The notes under the pieces were generated by a model. It made no database searches. It worked only from the letters and a program-made list of their open reading frames with translations, and was not told where the DNA came from. Shown in pieces: positions 39,184-47,900 of a stretch of 61,557 nt of DNA (positions are counted from its first letter, which is position 1; every line of letters starts with the position of its first letter). The stretch spans positions 1 through 61,557 of the IMG/VR virus record IMGVR_UViG_3300014165_000002; one strand, given 5' to 3'. The stretch comes from a virus. Lineage: Duplodnaviria; Caudoviricetes. The position numbers and the translations under genes are program-made.

Positions 39184-40034
39184 TAGCTATCCATGTTTCC
39201 ACGGGGATGATCGTAAAAGCTCTCCTCGCGACGTGCGCCGGCAGGGGCCTTTCCGATGTTCTTGGGCGGCAAGATGCCGCTCGGCATTTCGCGCGATTGC
39301 GGCTCGTCGACGAAGGCGGCGAGGTTGTGCATCATCCGCCAGAAAGCTGGGTGGCTTCCGGCGCCGGTGACGCGGAGAAAATGCTCGAAGTCGGGACGGT
39401 CCTTTTCAGGGACCGCTGCATCGCGCACACGAGCGACGGCGCGCTTGGCCGTCTCGAACCCGGCCCCGCCGACTTCCGGGTCAGCCATGATCTGCTTTTC
39501 CCAATCGGCGAGCGTGTTGTTGAAGAGCTCGGTCTGATCGCCGCGCACTTTGTTGACCGCTTCGACGACGGCCTTCGAGTGCAAGTCGAGCAGGCCTTGA
39601 GCGCCTTCGATCGGGTTGGAGCGAAACGCGTCGAGCGCGGCGGTGAGTTCGCCCTTGCGCTCGTCGTTGATCTCGAAGCCCTCGGGGGCGACGAATTTAT
39701 AGTCGATCGGATCAAGCGGGACGGGCTCGGGAGCCTTTGGCTGATCGCCTTCGACCTTGGCGGCGGCCTCTTCGGGCTTCTTCTCGCCTTCCGCAGGGGC
39801 CGCTGGCGCGGCTGCGGGATCTTCGACCTTTGGAGCAGCCTCCGCGGCAAGCTCTTTCGAGACGGTTTCGAGCAACGTCTCCTTGATGCCGCTTTCGGCG
39901 GAGGCCGCTTCCGCGGTCGCGGGCGCTTCGACGGCGGGCGTCTCGACGGGCGCAGCGGGAGCCGCGCCCGTCTCCACTGGAGCCTGCCCGGCTGAAGAAT
40001 CGGCAGGTTGCGTGGCGACGGTGGGATCAGCCAT
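39183..40034 (-). CDS. Capsid scaffolding protein
   Basis: Ala/Pro/Glu-rich N-terminus, YKF..PEG, W...ADPEVGG, G.GSHP; precedes the MCP. Confidence 0.8.
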   Translation of the reverse strand: MADPTVATQPADSSAGQAPVETGAAPAAPVETPAVEAPATAEAASAESGIKETLLETVSKELAAEAAPKVEDPAAAPAAPAEGEKKPEEAAAKVEGDQPKAPEPVPLDPIDYKFVAPEGFEINDERKGELTAALDAFRSNPIEGAQGLLDLHSKAVVEAVNKVRGDQTELFNNTLADWEKQIMADPEVGGAGFETAKRAVARVRDAAVPEKDRPDFEHFLRVTGAGSHPAFWRMMHNLAAFVDEPQSREMPSGILPPKNIGKAPAGARREESFYDHPRGNMDS

Positions 40035-40434
40035 TTTTCACTCCACGCTTACGTGGCTTTGCGAAAGCCGGGTCGTTCTCGTCGAGCATGGCGAGATAGC
40101 CCTCACGGCAGCGCTTCTGCAGGGATTTGGCGAGACGCTGACCGACTTCCTGCCGGCCGGCTTCGAACCATGTGGATTCGGATTGCGGAAAGCCGTTCGG
40201 GCCGACGGCAAAGCGCGTCTCCTCGAAATGGCAGTCCAGAGTGAGAAATTCCCAAATGGCTCTGCGCCCGATGGGATCGGCCATGACGCTGCGCCAAAAT
40301 GCTTCGCGCTCTTGTTCGACTTGCTCGATCTTGGAGACGCGCTGGCGATAGGCCTTGGGCGACGCATTCGGCTCGCCGCCGTCTTCAGGTCCGTCGAGTT
40401 GGTCGAGTGGGTCGCGCTCGTCTTCATCGGTCAT
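40027..40434 (-). CDS. Bbp19-like virion protein
   Basis: VMADPIGRRAIW...FEAGRQEVG. Confidence 0.7.
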   Translation of the reverse strand: MTDEDERDPLDQLDGPEDGGEPNASPKAYRQRVSKIEQVEQEREAFWRSVMADPIGRRAIWEFLTLDCHFEETRFAVGPNGFPQSESTWFEAGRQEVGQRLAKSLQKRCREGYLAMLDENDPAFAKPRKRGVKNG

Positions 40435-40928
40435 GCCGCGCTCGCGGGGACGATGAGACCGCCGCGCGCGCGCCAGCCCTGCTGGCTGACGTTTCGGGGA
40501 CCATGCGGGATCGGGCGAAGATTCGCACCCATGACGCCGGTTTTGGCGTGGCGCAATTCGTTCGCCTTTTCCGCGCACCACCGCAGGAATTCGGCGAGCT
40601 TGGCGAACATCGGGTGAAGCTGACCTTCGGGGATCGGCCGGCGGACGATGGCGCCGGGCACGTCGCTTTCGACCTCGACGCCGCGCAGCCACTCTCCGGC
40701 AAGGCGATGTGCTTCGGGGATTTGGCGGGCGATGTCGAGCCAGCGTTCATCCTCGCGCCAGAAGCACGCCTGATGGAAGGCTCCCTCGATGAGTTTCAGC
40801 TCATCGCGCAGATTGACGTAGGCCGGAGACGAGACGGGACGGTTCGCCAGTGTGTCGCAGTTTTCCGCGGCGAGGCGGAAATTGGTCACGAGGCAATCGA
40901 AGATTTCGGCTTCCGTCGTCTGGCTCAT
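40431..40928 (-). CDS. Hypothetical protein
   Basis: ATGA coupling to the downstream gene. Confidence 0.6.
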   Translation of the reverse strand: MSQTTEAEIFDCLVTNFRLAAENCDTLANRPVSSPAYVNLRDELKLIEGAFHQACFWREDERWLDIARQIPEAHRLAGEWLRGVEVESDVPGAIVRRPIPEGQLHPMFAKLAEFLRWCAEKANELRHAKTGVMGANLRPIPHGPRNVSQQGWRARGGLIVPASAA

Positions 40929-41023
40929 GTGGACAGGTGTCGCCACATGGCTTGCTAATGTAAAGACAGAGGAATAATATCCGATATTAGGACATATCAC
41001 GCGACAGCCGGGGAGATTGTTTA

Positions 41024-41311
41024 ATGGGCAAGATGGTCGATAAACTTGTCACCGCAATGGACAACGCGCTGGCCGATGGTGGCTTCACCTATTCTTTCGA
41101 CAAGACGGAAGGATTGTCGAAAGGCATGCTTCTGATGATCGACAATCGCAAGGTAATCCGCGCCCTCCTCGCGGCGATGCGAGAGCCGACAGCGGCGATG
41201 TGCTCGCAAGGATCTGCACACATACGCTGCGCCGATGACGTTGATCCAACGTCATCGGAACAGGCTGGAGATGCTTGGCGCGCCATGATCGACGCGGCGC
41301 TGACGGCGTGA
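41024..41311 (+). CDS. Hypothetical phage protein
   Basis: GGAG RBS; AMREPT.AM...WRAMIDAAL motif. Confidence 0.65.
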   Translation: MGKMVDKLVTAMDNALADGGFTYSFDKTEGLSKGMLLMIDNRKVIRALLAAMREPTAAMCSQGSAHIRCADDVDPTSSEQAGDAWRAMIDAALTA

Positions 41312-41529
41312 CCGCCGTGTTGCAGGAACCTATGCTCACGCGCAAGGAGGCGGCGCGCCACCTGACGGCGCTCGGCTACGCCATCTCGCCGAACACGCTC
41401 GCCCAGATGGCGTCAAACGGGAACGCCAGGAAAGGGCCGCCTTTCGTGAAATTCGGGTGGTCTCAGGTGAAATACAGGCGCGCCGAATTGGACGCTTGGG
41501 CAAGATCAAGAATGAAGGAAGTCAGATGA
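41308..41529 (+). CDS. Excisionase/AlpA-like HTH DNA-binding protein
   Basis: LTRKEAA.HL...SPNTL...GPPFVK.G...V.YRR.ELDAW. Confidence 0.75.
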   Translation: MTAVLQEPMLTRKEAARHLTALGYAISPNTLAQMASNGNARKGPPFVKFGWSQVKYRRAELDAWARSRMKEVR

Positions 41530-41711
41530 AACGGAAGCTCGTCCTAGCGCGCGCCAAATCTCACAAGAAGGCGCGGGAGCGCGCCTTAAGGCAGAAAGAC
41601 GCGGATGAATTCTGCGCTAAAATCAGCGAGGAAATAGAAGGTGCTTATGCGGTGGGCCGCATGTATCGCGACGTATTTTCGAAAGTTGGAAACGGCCGGA
41701 AGGGGAAGTAG
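41526..41711 (+). CDS. Small basic hypothetical protein
   Basis: ATGA coupling; AAGGA RBS. Confidence 0.45.
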   Translation: MKRKLVLARAKSHKKARERALRQKDADEFCAKISEEIEGAYAVGRMYRDVFSKVGNGRKGK

Positions 41712-42174
41712 GAGCAGCACGGTTCTCGATCGGCGCGCGCTGTATTTGGCGGCTGGTCGGAGAGCAAAGGGTCGCGGCGAACCTCGGCTCGATAGAGCGC
41801 GGCCGGGTCAAGCGCAGGACCATGGCGAGCGCAAACACACTCGGCGTCTCGGCGGCGCGATTTCACGGACGAACGCCCCACCGGCTTAGCGCCGAAGGGC
41901 AGGAAGGCTGGGCAATCGGCCACCGTGCGGCTGGGCTTCAATCACGCCTGCGTGGTGGGTGCCTGGGCGGTATCATGGCGCTCACCACAGGGCATGGCTG
42001 GGCTAGCGAGGCATAAAAAGACCAGACCCGCCTTCACAGGCTACTGGCAGCGCCACCTTGCGGTGTGATATGAGGGAATTCGATGGGCGGAGCCGGAATC
42101 CCCACCTTCATCGGCATAGACGAATCTATCCGTCGTGTAGGAGAGCCCTATCACGAGAGGGAGCGTTCGTCACC

Positions 42175-42408
42175 ATGGCGGAAACAGAATCCTGCGAAAT
42201 TTTATTTTCGAGGGCCGATCTTGATGATTTGGGGAAGGAGTTCCTTGCAAAGAACTGTGTGGTTTATGGGGGAGGCTTAAGCAGCCCCCTCTTGTTCATA
42301 AGTTTCGACGGTGAGCATTCCTTGCCTATCGCCGAGTCTGAAGCCATAGGCTTTGGCACAAATACCGCCATGCCTGGGGGCGACATCTGCAACACCAAGA
42401 AAGACTAA
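42175..42408 (+). CDS. Hypothetical protein
   Basis: GGAG upstream; lower GC. Confidence 0.35.
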   Translation: MAETESCEILFSRADLDDLGKEFLAKNCVVYGGGLSSPLLFISFDGEHSLPIAESEAIGFGTNTAMPGGDICNTKKD

Positions 42409-42771
42409 ATCACCACTTTTGTTTGCCTCAAATATCCTGTCTACATTAACGTTCAATTCCTGCGCTAATTGGCTTGCATCGAAACCGTAGCAGGGGATTT
42501 GATCATGTCGCTGAAGTCCAACCGTAAAATTTATCTTGAAAGCAGCCCCGCCAGACGGGCGGTAAATGAAAAAACGTCCTTCGACGATCCAATGACTGAC
42601 CTTCTCGTCCCTACTCGCCGCGGTCTCACCGCCCGCCGGCCGCGAACAGCATAATCGCCACGGCTACGGTGAAAGTCAGCCATGCCGTGAGACGCCAAGC
42701 GCGCGCTCTGTCCTCGATCGCTTCAACTCTGGAGAGATGCGCCGAGAGCACCGCGCCTGAAATCTGCCGGA

Positions 42772-44640
42772 TCATGTGCCGCCTCCTGGCGGCATGCCCA
42801 TCGCCGCGCCGAGGGCGTTCCCGCCGCTCAGATTGGCCTGAGACAGCGTCTTGGCGGCGTTAACCGCAGCCATCGCCTGTTCTGGCGCCTGCGCCTGCTG
42901 CTGGCCCTTCTCGCGGGCGTCGTCGTGCGCTTTGACCTGCTCCTCGGTGAAGAAGAGGTCGGACGGGCAATTGTTGATCTCGGCATATCGGCGCCATGCC
43001 TTGCCGAGGTCCATGATGCGCAGCGGATCAGGCAGGCCCGCCGCCTTAGCCGCGCTGGACAGCGAACCGCCGATGCCGAGGGTGTCTTTCAGCGCCACGC
43101 CTTCCGCCGCCAGTTGCGCGAGACGCATGATCGACGTGTAGGTGATCTTGAGTGGGATCGGGCCGCCGCCGACACCTCCCTGCATCAGGCTCTTCGGCAT
43201 GGGCTCGAGGAGCTTGCGACGCTCGGCGATCGCCATGATTCGCCGCAGTATGATCGACAACTGGCCTTCGACGTTGCGGATGACCGGGCCGAGTTCCTGA
43301 AGGCGCTCCAAATCGCGTTTCGTGAGTTCCAGCTCGTTGCGCGGCTGCACGCCGGCCATGCGTGTGATGGCCATGAAGACTTCGACGTAGAGGCCTTTCT
43401 CGATTCTCGCGTTGACCAAGGCGATGTCTTGAGTCAGCGCCGGCAACCACTGCGGCTGAACCTCGAACAGGGGCCAAAAGCCCTTTTTCGGGCCGTCGCT
43501 CGTGCAATAGGTCGTCTGGCCTGGCATGGTCGAGGCGGGCTCGTTCTTCAGCGATGGGTCCGCGCCCATGGGCGGCCGAACGCCCTTTTCGATGTATTCC
43601 GCCTTGCGCAGCGTCTCGCGCTGCACCTGCTTGTTGTCGCCCAGAGCGTCCATGCAGGGCCCGCGGCCGTAGGCGTCGTTGCTCGTCGTGGCCCAGCGGA
43701 ACGCGGCGAAGGCGCGCTCGTTGAAGCCGCGCTTGCTCAAAGGACGAAGGCCCTTCTCGGCCTTGATCCAGTAGACCTCACGCCATGTGAAGCGGGCCGG
43801 GACATACTGGATCGAGCCAGCCTTGCCGCCGCGGCCGCGGCCGCGGCGCGCGATCGGATAGTTTGGCTCGATGCAGTGGCACACGACGAATTCGACGCCA
43901 TGCGAGCCGCCCCCTTCGGTCCACATCGTCTGGATTTTCTGCGGGCAGTTCTCCAGCCCAAACATGTCGACGATCTGCTGCACGGTCTGGGTGAATTCGC
44001 GCTCGAACCGATCGACCGAGTTCCTGCCGCCGACGCCGAGATAATATTCCCCAGGCGCTGGCAAATAGAGGCGGATCACGTCCTCCTCGTCCTCGTAGAT
44101 GATGACCGGCGACGTCGCAAAGACCGTGAGGTCCCTGAACATCGAGGCCATTTCCTCGTAGAAATTGGACTCGTCGAGGATCTTGCCGACGCGGCGCTGC
44201 GTGTCTTCCAGCCACTCCTTGGCGTCGGCGTCCAGTTCGACGCCGCTCAAGGCGCTTTCGAACTTCCACCACGGGCGCGCGGGATTGGTGAGGCCGGTCC
44301 ACATGCCGGTGGCGCATGTGCGCACCGCGAGAAGGCCGGTCGAGTCGATGATGCTGTCGTTGATCTGGCCGCCGCGCCACATGCGGTTAGCTGTGACGAG
44401 CCACACGTATCTTCTTGGTTCGAAGAATTCAGCAAGTCTACTCCAATGGGTCCACCAACTCCATCGCCATTGACGATCGGAGTTCATCTGCTGTTCAAGG
44501 TGGCGGTAAACGTCGTCCCATTCCGGGTCCGGTTCGGTCGGCTTTCGCCTCGGCTCGACGGGCTGCTTCGAAAGCAGCGTCGGTCCCATGTGCTCGTATG
44601 AGGCCGGATCTTCGAGATCGACGAGGGAGAGGCGCGCCAT
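42772..44640 (-). CDS. Portal (head-tail connector) protein
   Basis: DSTG..A...ATGM..GLT.PARPW, SNFY, YGRGP.MDALGD, E.L..LGPV. Confidence 0.92.
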   Translation of the reverse strand: MARLSLVDLEDPASYEHMGPTLLSKQPVEPRRKPTEPDPEWDDVYRHLEQQMNSDRQWRWSWWTHWSRLAEFFEPRRYVWLVTANRMWRGGQINDSIIDSTGLLAVRTCATGMWTGLTNPARPWWKFESALSGVELDADAKEWLEDTQRRVGKILDESNFYEEMASMFRDLTVFATSPVIIYEDEEDVIRLYLPAPGEYYLGVGGRNSVDRFEREFTQTVQQIVDMFGLENCPQKIQTMWTEGGGSHGVEFVVCHCIEPNYPIARRGRGRGGKAGSIQYVPARFTWREVYWIKAEKGLRPLSKRGFNERAFAAFRWATTSNDAYGRGPCMDALGDNKQVQRETLRKAEYIEKGVRPPMGADPSLKNEPASTMPGQTTYCTSDGPKKGFWPLFEVQPQWLPALTQDIALVNARIEKGLYVEVFMAITRMAGVQPRNELELTKRDLERLQELGPVIRNVEGQLSIILRRIMAIAERRKLLEPMPKSLMQGGVGGGPIPLKITYTSIMRLAQLAAEGVALKDTLGIGGSLSSAAKAAGLPDPLRIMDLGKAWRRYAEINNCPSDLFFTEEQVKAHDDAREKGQQQAQAPEQAMAAVNAAKTLSQANLSGGNALGAAMGMPPGGGT

Positions 44641-44643
44641 CGG

Positions 44644-44904
44644 TTACTGCCCCAGGCCGGATTTCAGCGCGCCGGTTGTCGTGACCGGCGTTGCAGCGCC
44701 CTGCGATCCGCTGTCGACGGTGCCGCCGAATCCGCCCTTGCCGCTGGCTGCGGCTGCTGCGGCGCGCTGCGCGGCCTGCTCTTGCTGCACGGTGCTGCTC
44801 GCCATCGTCGAGGGCAGCGGAGGGGGTGGAGGGGGTGGAGGGGGGAGCATCATCTGCTGTTGCGCGCCGCCGCCGAAGAGGTTGGAAAAAAAGCTCATCA
44901 TCAC
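44644..44904 (-). CDS. Small Pro-rich virion protein upstream of the portal
   Basis: Poly-Pro tract, G.GGT..SG.QG, ends LGQ. Confidence 0.7.
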   Translation of the reverse strand: MMMSFFSNLFGGGAQQQMMLPPPPPPPPPLPSTMASSTVQQEQAAQRAAAAAASGKGGFGGTVDSGSQGAATPVTTTGALKSGLGQ

Positions 44905-47900
44905 CCTCGATATGGGTTGAAATCCCGCCCTCCGCCTTCCTCGGCGAAGGGGTTGAACTCCTGGTGCCTTGGCAAGACGAGAGGCGGCGCTGATTGGCGC
45001 GGCGTCACGGGCTCCGCGAAGGTCAGGCAGTTGAATACCAAAACGCCATTCGCGTAGAACGCATTATCACGATTTAGGGTCAGGTTGTAAACCATCGTCG
45101 GCGGCACGTTTTCGGTTCGAACACTGACGGGAACAACAAGCGGTCTTCCGATGGCGGTTAGCAGCGAACGCCTTCCCGCAATGAGCGCATGACCGAGTTT
45201 CTGTGAAATAACGTCTAAAAGCAACACTTTGCATACACGCTTTTGAGCAAAATCTTGCTCGCTTGAAGTATGCCTCGAATTCATTTCCGCATTTCTCGCA
45301 TGTATTTGTAAAAACTCGACGATCAACCCAAGCTTCCTTGCCATTCGAACTATGCCAAGCGATGCCTTCCGGAGAAGAATGCCAAGCCTTAGCCAACTCT
45401 CGCGCGCGTTCGCCATGGTTATCGTTGAGCCAGTGGCCAAGGGCTCTCCTCCCGTCTGAATGCAGGGCATAGTGCTCTGCCTCTTTGAGCAATTCCAAGT
45501 TGCTAATCTCGCTGCGCCGCCAATCATCGTCGCGATGATGGACCTCGTGACCATCCGGGATTGGGCCATGATGCTCGGCTCATACGCGCCTATGCAAAAG
45601 CCGCTGACCGAAAACTGGCTGGCGAGAGGAATAATAGCGACCGCTCTTTTGAAGCCAATAGACCGTGCCCTTGTAAACAATCCGCTTGTCATCAGCCATT
45701 TGCGTCGCTCAACCAATGGCGAAATAGCCATGGTCAAGAGTAGCGCGTCAAGTCTGACTTTGCCATAGCCAAACACAAAAATCTCGTGATCCGGCGTGCC
45801 AACGAGCTTCGATCCATCCGAAAATTCGACTGTCGTCAACTGCATGGTCTCATGCGCCCACACTTTTATGGAAAGCGCCTCCCCAAGCGGCGTAAGGATG
45901 CGTTCATTCCCGGCTCGCTCAATCGGGAGCCACCCGCCTGTCGTGGCGATTCTCGTTCCTGCAACGAGGCAAAAAGCGTCCCCCTCGTCGGGGCTGAAAC
46001 CGAGTTCCTTCTTAATATCCTCTTTGGGTTCGAGGAACATTTGATCGTTCCGCATCCCGTATTTCGTTTGCGAGAGGGTTTTGACCAGTTCCTCGCTATC
46101 GGTCAGGGCGCCGCCACGCCTGATCCATTCGCAGGCGTCCCAATACATCTCCATGCGCTTGTTGAAAAAGCGCTTTTTCTCGTGCGGCGAGCCGCCGAAA
46201 TAGATGCTGATCGGCGCGCGCCCGAGCTGGAGCATCCCGTCGCGCCAGCCAGCACCGTAGCCGCCGCCCGCGTCGATGAACGCCGCGTCCGCCTCGCCGC
46301 CGATCGAGGGAAATTCGTTCCAGTGGCGCACCGCGATCGCCGAGCCGTCGGTCGAGTTGACGTGGCGCATCTTCTTGGGGACGAGCGCCTGCAGGCCTTG
46401 TCGCGGGAAGATGACGCTCTGATCGTCGCCATAGTCGGCCACGTCGATGCCGAGCACCTTGGCGCCGGTCGGCCCGCGATAATAGCGGTTCATCGCGGCG
46501 CGAACCTCGTCCTCACTGATGAGGGCGTTGAAGTCCTGGTCGGGGAATTCGCCGAAAATCTTCACGCGAATCCAGGGGTTCTCCCGCCCGTATTCTTGGA
46601 TCTGCTCCAGCGCGTGCTTGATCGAAACGCGCGGCGTCCGGCTTGGGTCGTCGGGGTCGGCCGTGATTGAAATGACCTCCCACAGCCGATTTGCATCGTT
46701 TCGGCGCATCCACGCGCGGAACAACGGGCCGCCGCGCCGCGTTGGATTGCCGGCCTGGATGATATGCGCCTCGATCGGTTCTCCCGAGAAAATAGCCTCG
46801 CATGTCGGCATGACCGCGTCGGGATAGTCGCCGGTCTCGTCGAGCAGCCACATGACATAGGGCGCGTGCAGGCCCGCCAGGGCGTTGCCGATCGCCTCCT
46901 TGTCGGCCGAGCGCGCCCAGCATCGCGCCTCGATACGCCAGGTCTCGGCGTGGCCGCGCATGTAAATCTTGTCGCCGGTCTTTTCAAACAACCGCTGAAG
47001 CAGCGGGCTCTGGATATGCCAGCGGGAAAGCTCGGTCCACAGGCCGGTCTTGAGGTTGGCGCCGGTGATCGACGCGCAGCCGATCATCGAGTGAGGCCGC
47101 GTGAGAATGAAGTTCCAGCCGATCCACGCGAGGACGGTGGTGTTGTGCGTGACGATGAAATCGTTTGTCAGGTAGCAGTGCGAGGGATGCTCGACGGCGA
47201 TGCACATGCACTCGTCCTCGCCGGCAGGCTCGATCGACGTGATGAACCGCGTGAGATAGCGCGCCGAGGTCGGCGAGCGCAGCGGGTCTTTCCAGCGCTC
47301 GGCTTTGTGCGCGATTCGGAAGGGATTGAAGGGGAGGCAGACCGAGACGCGGTAGCAGTCGCGGCATTCGACCATTTGCCCGTCAGGGGCACGGTAGCGG
47401 CCCTCCTTGATCGCCGCCTTGATGAGGGCAACGCCGCCGAGCGAGCGGGCGAGCCACACCACGTCGTTCGCCAGGCGCTCGGACGTGGTGGAATACTCCA
47501 TGTGGCCATCGTCGCCGATGCAGCCGTCCGTGTCCATCAGGCCGCAAATCAGATCGCGGCGCTGGATGATCGAGGCGTATTTGTAGTTGCCGGGGATGAA
47601 CCGCTCGTGGCTTCCAAGATAGAAGCAGTCGAGTTTTTCGAAATCCGCCCTCGACTGTCTGATAAACACGCCTTTCCCATCACTGTGGCGGCTCGTTTCA
47701 TAACCGCGCTTTGCTATTTCATCCTGAACCTCCTGATAAGGTTTCGAGTATTTTGGCTCTCCCTTACATCCGTCGCCGATCCACACGCCGACAAGATATG
47801 GGTCAAGCGGCTGAATCATGTGCGGGAATTGCGCGCCGCCTTGGCGTGGAATCTCGAACTGGTTGCGGCCGTTGTGGGTGGCGTCCTTCACCCCGCGCGC

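Noticed and set aside
42925-44601. 558-aa antisense ORF over the portal gene
   Set aside because: Antisense shadow ORF; no RBS, coupling or domain evidence
44816-44846. G-rich tract as a G-quadruplex or phase-variable site
   Set aside because: Explained by poly-Pro codons of the small virion gene
45580-45582. Genome-wide TGA-to-Trp recoding
   Set aside because: Many genes end in TGA with ATGA coupling and Trp is TGG elsewhere; a nonsense mutation is simpler
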